Source: Pyrinomonadaceae bacterium (GTDB lineage Bacteria; Acidobacteriota; Blastocatellia; Pyrinomonadales; Pyrinomonadaceae). From it: 64,000 nucleotides of DNA. The translations under genes and the position numbers were made by a program. This document shows, one piece after another, positions 29,791 to 37,800 of this stretch. Within the stretch, counting starts at the first letter, position 1; each line of letters opens with the position of its first letter. The notes under the pieces are model-generated. The model saw only the letters and a program-made list of their open reading frames with translations. It did not search any database and had not been told where the DNA came from. The stretch covers positions 23,248 through 87,247 of the forward strand of contig DASWRC010000188.1 of assembly GCA_036403375.1 (NCBI GenBank), read 5' to 3'.

Positions 29791-29850
29791 CAGGAAATTT
29801 ATCCTCCTCGTTGTGCTGGTGTTTCTCATCATACATCAAAATCTGCCGGG

Positions 29851-30840
29851 CTACCTGCGCCGCTCGACGACATACCGGAATCCGACCGAACCGACGCGCG
29901 TGTTTTCGGGAATTTCGTAGCGCGCCTGCGCCGAAATCTGCGCCCGGGGCGTTTGCGCCGAACCGCCCTTGACGACCCGCAGAACCTGCCCGTCGGCGAG
30001 CGCCTTTTTTACTTCCTCGTCGGTCACTTCCTCGTTTTTGCCGACGCGGTCCGCGGTCCATTCCCAGACGTTGCCCGCCATATCGAACGCGCCGAACGGC
30101 GAGCGGTTGAGCGGGAAACTTTTGACTGGGGCGACTTTGCCGCCCGATTCTTTCGAGTTCGCAGCTTCTTTTCTCCAATCATTGCCCCACGGATATTTAT
30201 TTCCGCCGCTGCCGCGCGCCGCCAGCTCCCATTCGGCTTCCGAAGGCAGGCGGACGGGCAGACCGATTTTTTTCTCCAGCCACTTGCAAAACTCGACGGC
30301 GTCCGCATAGGAAACGTTCGTCACCGGAAAGTTTTCCGTGCGGGCGGGAAATTCGTTTTCCTTCCAGCCCGGCGGCGCGGCGTGATTGGTCGCCTTAAGA
30401 AATTCGGCGTATTCGGTGTTGGTTACTTCCGTTTCGGCAATCAAGAAATCTTTGACAATCGCGCGCTGAATCGGCAATTTCGTTTCGCCGCCGCCGAGTG
30501 CGATTTCACCGCCCGGAACTTCGAGGACGCCCGCCGGCAGCGGTTTTTCGTTAACGAGCGGAGAAGGCGGATTCGGCTCCGTATTGGTCGTCGGCGCGGC
30601 GTCGGTTTTAAGGGCGATTTCCGGCTTTTCGGGAACGTTTGACGGCAGGCTCGTTTCCGCCGTCGGAGTGATTTTATACCGGTCGCGCGAACCTAAAACC
30701 AACCAGCTGCCGGTTCCTAAAACGACGGCAATCGTAAAACAAACCAAACCGGCGACGGCGAACGGCAAAAGACGCAAATCATCCTCGGTTCGGACCGTCG
30801 GGCGCGCCGTCTGAATTATTTGTTCCTTTTTCTCCGTCAT
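29851..30840 (-). CDS. Formylglycine-generating-enzyme (SUMF1/FGE-sulfatase) domain protein, membrane anchored
   Basis: Track ORF starts at a TTG (30948). The ATG at 30840 gives MTEKKEQ, followed by a TM segment. FGE-fold motifs are present: IAETEVTNTEYAEFL, YPWGNDW, GNVWEWTAD, RVVKGGS, VGFRYV. Confidence 0.75.
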   Translation of the reverse strand: MTEKKEQIIQTARPTVRTEDDLRLLPFAVAGLVCFTIAVVLGTGSWLVLGSRDRYKITPTAETSLPSNVPEKPEIALKTDAAPTTNTEPNPPSPLVNEKPLPAGVLEVPGGEIALGGGETKLPIQRAIVKDFLIAETEVTNTEYAEFLKATNHAAPPGWKENEFPARTENFPVTNVSYADAVEFCKWLEKKIGLPVRLPSEAEWELAARGSGGNKYPWGNDWRKEAANSKESGGKVAPVKSFPLNRSPFGAFDMAGNVWEWTADRVGKNEEVTDEEVKKALADGQVLRVVKGGSAQTPRAQISAQARYEIPENTRVGSVGFRYVVERRR

Positions 30841-31006
30841 AACAATCTTTAAAATTTCATCCGGCGCGCTTCTCGGCGCGAATGAGTCGGAAATTTTGTT
30901 TGGCTTGTTACCGGCTTTTTTCAAACAAGAATTTGTTTCCAGTAACAACGATAATAATATTTTAACTTATCTCAGAGCAACCCTTTCGCGAATTTCTACG
31001 CGCCTT

Positions 31007-31495
31007 TTACGAATTCTCGCGCCGTCCGTGTAGAATTGCGCCGATTTCGTCGCTGATTTTTTGTTCCCGCCGCGATTTCTCCTTTTGCTCAGCCGCCCGC
31101 CAATTCGCCTTGTGAACTTCGATGGATTTCAAATCGCGCGCCGATTCAGTTAATTTTTCGCGCGCCGTTTCGAGTTCCTTTTCGGCTTTCGCGACCGCTT
31201 GAATCTGTTTTTCGACCGCCGCCTGTAAATCGATTTCGAGCGCCCGCAAATCGTTCAGAAAATTTTGATGCGCGAGGATGCCGCGCGCCTGTATGCCGCC
31301 GATTAGTTCTTCGTTCATCTGTGCCTGGGCTTTACTTTGCTGCTCGTAGCAGGCTTGCAGTTTTTTCTGGCGGCGATTTAATTCTTCTTCCGCCGCCTGC
31401 ATCTGCTCAAGCCTGAGCGCGACCCGGCGCGCCGCTTCTTCGCGCGCGCGGCTGCGGATTCCCAGGACAGTCTCCAAACGATATTTTTTCGTCAC
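31007..31495 (-). CDS. sctO: FliJ/SctO-like coiled-coil stalk protein
   Basis: 162 aa with a GTG start, predicted all-helical. The N-terminus YRLETVLGIRSRAREEAARRVALRLEQ matches the usual FliJ/YscO opening. Size is as expected. Confidence 0.5.
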   Translation of the reverse strand: MTKKYRLETVLGIRSRAREEAARRVALRLEQMQAAEEELNRRQKKLQACYEQQSKAQAQMNEELIGGIQARGILAHQNFLNDLRALEIDLQAAVEKQIQAVAKAEKELETAREKLTESARDLKSIEVHKANWRAAEQKEKSRREQKISDEIGAILHGRRENS

Positions 31496-31690
31496 TCTTA
31501 ATATTTGTTTTAACCGAACCGGTTGACCTTAGCTGTTAATATTCGGTTATTATGATTTACAGATGATAATAACATTTTAATAAGTTGCCGAAAAATTTTA
31601 CGAGAACAATTTTATAACAAAACATTTTACGAAAACAGCGCTTTGAATTTTTTTGCGAAAATGAGTTACCGTTAAATTCAGAAGTTATTT

Positions 31691-32419
31691 GTGGCTGAAC
31701 AAAATCCCGAAAACCCGATTGCCGCGCAGACGGCGTTTACTGACCGTGACGAGCTTGTCGAACGCTATCGCCCGTACGTCTTCTCGATCGCCAAACAGGT
31801 TTCGCAGAGCTTTCCGGTGCGCATCGATTTTGAAGAGCTGGTCGGTTACGGGATGGTCGGACTGCTCGAAGCCGCCGAGCGCTACGACCCGCGCCGCAAG
31901 GTTTCGTTCGTGACGTTTTCATATTACCGCATCAAGGGCGCGATTTTCGACGGGCTGCGGCAGATGGGAATCCTGACGCGCACGCCGAACGAGGCGTGGG
32001 TGCGCCGCGAATCGGTGCTCAACGATTTGGTGCAGACGGCGTCCGCCGACGAGATGGAAACGCCGGCGGGTTCGGTCGACGACGAAATCGGCGCGGTCGA
32101 AAAGTTTGTCGATTCCCTGATTCCGGCGTATTTGCTTTCACTCAGCGAAGAAAACGCGCCCGACCTTGCCGACTCGCGCGAGCTGCCGAATGTTTCGGTC
32201 GAGTTCTCGGAAACAATTAAAATCGTCCGCGAAACCGTTCGCGAGCTGCCGGAAAAAGAACGCGAAATTATCGAATCGCTTTATTTCCGTCATCTTTCCA
32301 CCACCGAGCTTGCCAAAAAAATGGGCGTCAATAAATCGTGGGTTTCGCGTCTGCACTCAAAAGCCGTCAATCGCCTGCGCCAGCGGCTCGCGATGATTGG
32401 CGTGCTTTCAAATCAATAA
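31691..32419 (+). CDS. fliA: FliA/WhiG-type (sigma-28 family) RNA polymerase sigma factor
   Basis: 242 aa with a GTG start. Regions 2.1-2.4 are LVERYRPYVFSIAKQV ... FEELVGYGMVGLLEAAERYDPRRKVSFVTFSYYRIKGAIFDGLR. The region 4.2 HTH is LSTTELAKKMGVNKSWVSRLHSKAV. Confidence 0.8.
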   Translation: MAEQNPENPIAAQTAFTDRDELVERYRPYVFSIAKQVSQSFPVRIDFEELVGYGMVGLLEAAERYDPRRKVSFVTFSYYRIKGAIFDGLRQMGILTRTPNEAWVRRESVLNDLVQTASADEMETPAGSVDDEIGAVEKFVDSLIPAYLLSLSEENAPDLADSRELPNVSVEFSETIKIVRETVRELPEKEREIIESLYFRHLSTTELAKKMGVNKSWVSRLHSKAVNRLRQRLAMIGVLSNQ

Positions 32420-32550
32420 ATCCCGACCAATTTTAATTTTCTTCGGAATAACCGGGCGCTGATAATTTTGTCCGCTTTTTCAGTTGTCGGCTGTCCGTTT
32501 TCGGCATTCGGGCAGTTAATTTGTTCAAACCATAAAATTTATAGTTCGCA

Positions 32551-32578
32551 GGAAACTTTTCCGGGAACCTGCCGATAA
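32551..32578 (+). promoter_or_regulatory. Sigma-28 (FliA)-type promoter upstream of the 640-aa toxin-like gene
   Basis: GGAAACTTT-tccgggaacct-GCCGATAA. The -35-like GAAACTTT is at 32552-32559, followed by an 11-nt spacer and the -10-like GCCGATAA at 32571-32578. Enterobacterial class-3 consensus is TAAAGTTT-N11-GCCGATAA. Confidence 0.6.
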
Positions 32579-32678
32579 TTTCAACAACAGACGAGAAAAA
32601 ATCGTTGATTCAGTCCCGGGTCCCGGCGCAAAAATTCCGGTTATTAAACTGACTTGAGACCTGAGATTTAGAAGAATT

Positions 32679-34601
32679 ATGGCAAACCCCGTAAATAACA
32701 GTGGAATTAACGCGCAGGTCAGCGTTGGCGGGGCTTTGAAGGCGAATGTCAACGCCGGCGGCGCGGCGCGGCGGATTTCCGATACGCAAAGCAAAGACAT
32801 TTTTGAGAGCGTCAACGAAAATTACACGAAAAATCCGAATCATTCGCGCCCCGCAGAACAAGCCGGCGACGCCGACCAATCGCATCAAAATCAAGTAAAG
32901 GCAGGTAATAATTCCGCGCCGCCCGGTTTGGCAAAAGACGTTCAGGAGGAGCACGCTGCGCCGCCTGCTCCAAATAAACGCACGAAAAATGCGGACATCG
33001 GCGAAGGCGCGGCGCTTCTGAAAACGGCGGCGCGCGGCGAAAACGGCGACGTGAAAAGTTCGCGTCAGGGAATTTTAAACGGTCGCGGGCAGCAAAAATC
33101 GCAAGTTCCGCCGGAACCGGTCGAAACGCCGCCGATTGTGATTCTGCCGACCGACACGAAAGGCAATCAAACAACTATCGAGACGCCGCCGATTATCGCG
33201 CCGCCGAACGGCAACGGCAATCACGGCGGACCGCACAACAACGCGCCGGGTTCCACCGTGCGCAATCCGCGGATAAATAATCAGAACGCTTTCGGCACTC
33301 GGTTTTCGGTCGATTTAAGCTTGCGCGCGAACGGCAATCAGCCCACGGGCGTGATTCGCAATGTCGTCAACCAGATTTTGCGGCAGAACGACGTTTACCT
33401 CAGCCATAACACGCTAAATCGTCTGATAAGCAGCCGGACTTTCAATAATTCGACGCGCGGCTTTAATCATCCGGCGGTGAATTTGCCGCGCGAAGTCAAT
33501 CAACTATTCCAAACGGTGAGCCGCCGCGCGTTGTCTCTGCTCGATAATTCACGGCAGAATCACAAGCTGATTCACGAAATTTCAAAGGAAATCGGACGCG
33601 AATTACGGGAAAATGTTCAAGCCTCCAAAGCGGCAATTTTTAAAACGGCGGATTTAAGAGCGCTGCATTTCAAGCATCTGAATATCAATGAAAAAATGGA
33701 AGTCGCCGTCGATTTGCTGCCGCAGCATCTTCCTGAAAAAGCGCTTGCGCCCATTCAACACCACCAGCCGAGAGAAGTTCTCGACGCCTTTTTGCTCGCG
33801 CGCGGGCTGATTGTTCCGAGCGAAAAAGCGTCGGAAATCAGAAACCTCTTGGCGGCAAAATCGAGCGTTCTGCCGCCTGCAATTTCGATGACGGCGCTGC
33901 GCGATGTCGGTCAACTGGTGAAAACTCTGATTGCCGATACAGCGGCGGCAAAAACGACCGCGAATCTCGATTCGGCAGTGCAGAAATTCGTCAAAATCCT
34001 GCTCGCCAACAACGAGCTGGGCGTTTTGCTTGCCACTATCAGTCTCGTCGCGCAGACGACCAATGAGAGCGGTTTGGTGAGCCGCTCGCTCGCGCTGGCG
34101 CAGATTTATGAGCTTATCAACCAGCTGATTCCGGCGGGCGAGAAGGCTCTCGGCGAAGCCGCACCGGAAAAAAATATTCTGCAAAAGGAACGAAATATTT
34201 TTCACGCCGCCCCCGCGCTTTCAGCCGTCGATGACACGGATGAATCGAGGGCGCAGATAAATAAACTTCACGCCCAAGAGGCGACGGCGGGAAGCCTGCG
34301 CCAATTTCTGGAATTCAACCCCGCGCTGGTTTACGATAAATCGGCGTCCGCTTTTCACAATCCGGACGACGCGCGGCAGGCGCGCGATAATTTTATCAAT
34401 CTTCATCACGACGACCTCCTCGCCTGGCTCGAAAGCGGAAATCACCGGTTCGTCAAAGATTTCGATTTCGACAAACCGGTCGGCGTGGTCGTCGAGCGCG
34501 GCAGCGAGTCGGTTTTTACGGCAACGACGGCGCGTTTCGTGCTCGTTCGCGACGGCTCGGTGCAGGGCTGGCATTTTCTCAAATCATTTCTGGTAAAATA
34601 A
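32679..34601 (+). CDS. Putative T3SS-secreted polymorphic-toxin-like protein (disordered N-terminus, unassigned C-terminal domain)
   Basis: 640 aa with no Sec signal. The first ~210 aa are N/P/G/Q-rich and disordered. A sigma-28-type promoter lies upstream, and a CdiI-like immunity gene follows 18 bp downstream. The C-terminus ends ...ARFVLVRDGSVQGWHFLKSFLVK. Confidence 0.4.
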   Translation: MANPVNNSGINAQVSVGGALKANVNAGGAARRISDTQSKDIFESVNENYTKNPNHSRPAEQAGDADQSHQNQVKAGNNSAPPGLAKDVQEEHAAPPAPNKRTKNADIGEGAALLKTAARGENGDVKSSRQGILNGRGQQKSQVPPEPVETPPIVILPTDTKGNQTTIETPPIIAPPNGNGNHGGPHNNAPGSTVRNPRINNQNAFGTRFSVDLSLRANGNQPTGVIRNVVNQILRQNDVYLSHNTLNRLISSRTFNNSTRGFNHPAVNLPREVNQLFQTVSRRALSLLDNSRQNHKLIHEISKEIGRELRENVQASKAAIFKTADLRALHFKHLNINEKMEVAVDLLPQHLPEKALAPIQHHQPREVLDAFLLARGLIVPSEKASEIRNLLAAKSSVLPPAISMTALRDVGQLVKTLIADTAAAKTTANLDSAVQKFVKILLANNELGVLLATISLVAQTTNESGLVSRSLALAQIYELINQLIPAGEKALGEAAPEKNILQKERNIFHAAPALSAVDDTDESRAQINKLHAQEATAGSLRQFLEFNPALVYDKSASAFHNPDDARQARDNFINLHHDDLLAWLESGNHRFVKDFDFDKPVGVVVERGSESVFTATTARFVLVRDGSVQGWHFLKSFLVK

Positions 34602-34619
34602 ATCTCACCACAAAAAAAG

Positions 34620-34973
34620 GTGAGTAATTACCGGTTCAAATTTCCAGAGCTTTACCAATTCTTCGGCGGATATTTTTATCAGGGCTGGTCGGCGGATTAT
34701 CGCTGGGAATCGACAAAACCGGATTTCGCGGCGGTCGTCCGGCATTTCAAAGCCGTCAATCCGCTCCCGGCAGTGAACCGCGTCAGAATAGAATTAGCCG
34801 AATTGCTTGCTTTGTCGCTCGATGATACGGAATTAAACGCGGCGTTGAACGAACTGGGCAGCAATTTTTACGTGCCCGCCGAAAAATTAACAAATGTGCA
34901 ATGGCTCGCTAAAATCCTCGAAATACTCGACGAATCGCCGACCAAATCACGGGTTTTAAGAGAGCTCCGGTAA
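34620..34973 (+). CDS. CdiI-like (YFHQDW-type) toxin immunity protein
   Basis: 117 aa with a GTG start. FPELYQFFGGYFYQGW, then ...IELAELLALSLDDTELNAALNELGSNFYVPAEKLTNVQWLAKILEIL, matches my recollection of the contact-dependent-inhibition immunity family. That family has the pattern FFGGYFHQDW ... ELxxLL ... LG ... WL. Confidence 0.6.
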   Translation: MSNYRFKFPELYQFFGGYFYQGWSADYRWESTKPDFAAVVRHFKAVNPLPAVNRVRIELAELLALSLDDTELNAALNELGSNFYVPAEKLTNVQWLAKILEILDESPTKSRVLRELR

Positions 34974-35071
34974 GAAAAATTACCTACTGAAACATTCCGC
35001 TTCGCGTGGACCTGGGATTTTATGGAATTAATCAAAAAATACCGGTATTTATCCGTATTCGTCCCGTGGAT

Positions 35072-35117
35072 TAAATAAAAAAAGGGCGGGATTTCTATGA
35101 AACGAAGAAATCCCGCC
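35072..35117 (-). terminator. Rho-independent terminator of the minus-strand SctF-paralogue/TPR-chaperone unit
   Basis: A 12-bp stem, GGCGGGATTTCT (35085-35096) / AGAAATCCCGCC (35106-35117). On the minus strand it is followed by a T-run (plus-strand aaataaaaaaa, 35074-35083). Confidence 0.65.
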
Positions 35118-35163
35118 AAGAAGAGAAGCACTAGAGTCACATGAAGTATCGTGGAGGAATCCT

Positions 35164-35565
35164 TTAACCGGGCGAAATCAAATCAGCCGCGTCGAGCAGT
35201 GCCTGTGCCGTCTGGCTGTGCGGCGAATCCGGGCTGCCGCTGATGATTTCCCTTAACTCCGATTCGGCGCGGCTGCGCTGGCGACCGAAAAGCAAAGCTT
35301 CGGCATAATGAACGCGGGCGTAAAGGCTGTCCGGATTCTGTTCGAGCGCCTTTTCGCAAATCTCTTCCGCCGCGCTGAAATCGCCCATTTGCAGAAAAAC
35401 CGTGCCCAGCCCGACCTGCGGAACGTCCGATTCGGGCATAAACTCCATCACACCGCGAAAAATCGCTTCCGCTTGTTCGAATTTGGCGGCTTCGCGCAGG
35501 ATGTAACCCGTTTCAAGCATGACGCGCAATTCTTCGCTGCTGACCGGAATCTCGGCTATCGTCAT
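35164..35565 (-). CDS. TPR-type (class II, LcrH/SycD-like) type III secretion chaperone
   Basis: 133 aa with three TPR units. It lies directly downstream of a putative secreted needle-family protein in the same transcription unit. Confidence 0.55.
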   Translation of the reverse strand: MTIAEIPVSSEELRVMLETGYILREAAKFEQAEAIFRGVMEFMPESDVPQVGLGTVFLQMGDFSAAEEICEKALEQNPDSLYARVHYAEALLFGRQRSRAESELREIISGSPDSPHSQTAQALLDAADLISPG

Positions 35566-35665
35566 AAAAAATTAATTCGGCAAAAGTTAAGACGAAATGG
35601 CATTGTTTTTTTTTGTAGATAAACAATTGAACTTTTGCCGAAACTTAAAAAATCTTTTTTGGAAT

Positions 35666-36130
35666 TTACGACTTGATATTGTTGACCGCCGACATTTCAG
35701 AGTCGTGGCGTGTTTTCAAAAGATTTGAAACGGTCGTAAATTCCTGCGCCTGCATCCCGACGCGATGCTGAACGCTGATCAGCTGCATCGAATTCTGCTG
35801 CTGCTGGTTAAGCATCTGGTTTTGCTGGCGCTGCTGCAAAGAACTGGAAATCTGGTTATAACGCTGCATTTCCTCAAACTGGCGCTGCTGTTCCATCAAG
35901 GCGGTGTACGAGCCGGAGGACGCGCCGCCGCTGCCGCCGATGACGTTGCCGAGAATTCCGCCCAAGCCCGGCGCGACGAAATTCAGTGCCGTGCTCGCGA
36001 CGCCGCCGAGAACCTTGAGGAATTTATTGGGTTCCTTTGTTCTTTGCTGGACATCTATTTCCGGAAAAACGGTCGCCACCGGCGGAAGGGTTTCGGTTTT
36101 CACCGGCGTAATCATCGTGTCGTCTGCCAT
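35666..36130 (-). CDS. SctF-family paralogue with Gly-rich N-terminal extension (filament/translocator candidate)
   Basis: 154 aa. The C-terminal 20 aa (SNLLKTRHDSEMSAVNNIKS) share 10/20 ungapped identities with the C-terminus of the 71-aa SctF-like protein at 60357. A Gly-rich hydrophobic block (VLGGVASTALNFVAPGLGGILGNVIGGSGG) and a Q-rich helix are present. AAGGAG RBS and a sigma-28-type promoter lie upstream. Confidence 0.45.
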   Translation of the reverse strand: MADDTMITPVKTETLPPVATVFPEIDVQQRTKEPNKFLKVLGGVASTALNFVAPGLGGILGNVIGGSGGASSGSYTALMEQQRQFEEMQRYNQISSSLQQRQQNQMLNQQQQNSMQLISVQHRVGMQAQEFTTVSNLLKTRHDSEMSAVNNIKS

Positions 36131-36213
36131 AACGCAAATTACCTCTCCTTATAAAAAGTTAAAAACGCGTGCACCGAAGGTCTAAGTCAAAAGATTTCTT
36201 TACTTAAACAACA

Positions 36214-36241
36214 TTATCGTCCGAGTTAAAAAAAAGTTTCC
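36214..36241 (-). promoter_or_regulatory. Sigma-28-type promoter upstream of the SctF-paralogue/TPR-chaperone unit
   Basis: The reverse strand reads GGAAACTTT-ttttaactcg-GACGATAA with an 11-nt spacer, about 85 nt upstream of the start at 36130. Confidence 0.55.
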
Positions 36242-36259
36242 TGATTTTTTTGAGAAATA

Positions 36260-36550
36260 TTATTTTTGCGCGGTGTGCCGCATTTTTTGAAGATTTTGCA
36301 GGAATTCGAGCGTCGTTTCGACCGCCTTTAAGGCGCGCGTCGCCCGCGTCGCTTCGTCGCGCGAGCCGTACCGGACGATTCTTTCGAGACTCGCGCGCGT
36401 TTCGCCGAGCCGCGCGCAGAATTCGTCAAACCGCCGCGTGTCGCCGCTGCTGAAAAGCTCGCCGACGGACGGGTAATCGAATAATTTCGATAAATCGTGA
36501 GCGCCGTCCGGGGCGCTCGTTAAATCATTTATATTTTTTTGGTCCGGCAT
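36260..36550 (-). CDS. Small hypothetical protein (96 aa)
   Basis: Track ORF starts at a TTG (36565). The first ATG gives MPDQKNINDL. No motif recognised and coding status is moderate. Confidence 0.4.
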   Translation of the reverse strand: MPDQKNINDLTSAPDGAHDLSKLFDYPSVGELFSSGDTRRFDEFCARLGETRASLERIVRYGSRDEATRATRALKAVETTLEFLQNLQKMRHTAQK

Positions 36551-36675
36551 ATTTTTAGAGTCCAATAATCGGGATTTAAGACCCCTCGAACCGGGCGTCT
36601 GCTGTCTGCCGAAACCCGCTATATGATAATATCTTTTATAACAGAATTATTTGTCAAAGGTTTCGATAAGTTTGA

Positions 36676-37716
36676 ATGGCGAAAAGATTACTGGTCAAAA
36701 GACGGAAGGAAATTCTTCCCGAACTCACGCAGGAAATTCCCGCAAACGGCATCATCACCGTCGGGAACGATTCTTCGGCGACCATCGAACTGAAAGACGA
36801 AAAAATCGCGCCCGAACAATTCGTAATCGTTTGTGAAGACGACACGATGACCCTGCTCTGCCGCACGGACGGCACTGCCGTGAACGGCGAAAATTTGCCG
36901 CAGGGCGCGCTGCACCATCTCAAATTCGGCGATGAAATCAAGATTGACGGCTACACGCTGACGCCTGAATCGGAAGGAAACGGCGACCGGCGAGCGGCGG
37001 AAACGACTGCTTATTCGGCAGAAATTCAGGAAAATCTGCCGACCCGCCCGGCGCCCGGCGGAATTCACACCACCGGAATGACGGAAAAAACCGAGCGCAG
37101 CCTGAGCGACGTTCTGGAAAATCTTCGTTCGGAAGAAAAGTTTTACTTTTTAATCAAGGCGTCGGACGGCACCGAGAACCGCGTCTATGTCGAATCGGAA
37201 GAGCTGTGGCTCGGCTGGACGGAAACGGGCGAGTGCGTGATTTTGCCCGAGGGCGGCGACGTTGAAATACCGCGTGCCCAAATTCGCAAAGATTGGAGCG
37301 GCGTCGTGCTTTATCCGGTGAAGAAGGGCGACGTTTGGCTCAACGACGAAACTCTGGGGGAACCGCGCCGTCTGAAAAACGACGATAAAATCTTTCTCCA
37401 ATCAAAAGAAACCGCGCGGCTTAATCTCGAAACCGTCATCAAATTTCACGAACCGACCGCACTTCTGATTCTCGATTCGATTCTGCCGAAAGAACTGCCG
37501 CCGCCGATTCTGCTCGATGAAACCGCAACCGATGCGGGCGCGCGCGAAATTGACGAGTCGGATTTGATTGACACCGGCAAAATTTCTTCAGCAGCCGTAA
37601 AACCGGCGCGCAAAGGAAATATTTTCGGGTATTTTACGGTAACCGAAATAATTATTATGGCAATCGGCACGCTGATTACGGCGGCGGTTATTTATATGAT
37701 TCTGGAACTGTATTAA
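36676..37716 (+). CDS. Double-FHA-domain, C-terminally membrane-anchored protein (SctD-position protein without periplasmic domain)
   Basis: 346 aa. FHA-like block 1 is ITVGNDSSATIELKDEKIAPEQFVIVCEDDTMTLLCRTDGTAVNGENL...GDEIKIDGYTL. A second FHA-like block lies at ~170-245. The only TM segment (IIIMAIGTLITAAVIYMILELY) is at the extreme C-terminus. The gene is immediately upstream of sctV. Confidence 0.6.
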   Translation: MAKRLLVKRRKEILPELTQEIPANGIITVGNDSSATIELKDEKIAPEQFVIVCEDDTMTLLCRTDGTAVNGENLPQGALHHLKFGDEIKIDGYTLTPESEGNGDRRAAETTAYSAEIQENLPTRPAPGGIHTTGMTEKTERSLSDVLENLRSEEKFYFLIKASDGTENRVYVESEELWLGWTETGECVILPEGGDVEIPRAQIRKDWSGVVLYPVKKGDVWLNDETLGEPRRLKNDDKIFLQSKETARLNLETVIKFHEPTALLILDSILPKELPPPILLDETATDAGAREIDESDLIDTGKISSAAVKPARKGNIFGYFTVTEIIIMAIGTLITAAVIYMILELY

Positions 37717-37800
37717 ACCTTCCGCAACAAAACCTTTTAATAATCGTGAAAGAATTGTTAAAATTAGCCTGATAAAGTTTAAATAAAGGATTTTTGGGAA

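Noticed and set aside
29506-30642. 378-aa plus-strand ORF in the track
   Set aside because: It is antisense to the FGE-domain and PEGA-TPR genes. It has an Arg/Phe/Gly-rich composition and no motif.
31587-31594. GCCGAAAA upstream of the fliA-type gene as an autoregulated sigma-28 promoter
   Set aside because: The -35 region matches only 3/8 at an 11-nt spacing, or 5/8 at a 9-nt spacing. It is too weak to call.
37748-37775. GAAAGAAT-N11-GCCTGATAA upstream of sctV as a sigma-28-type promoter
   Set aside because: The -10 block needs an inserted base and the -35 block is poor. sctV may simply be co-transcribed with the FHA gene.
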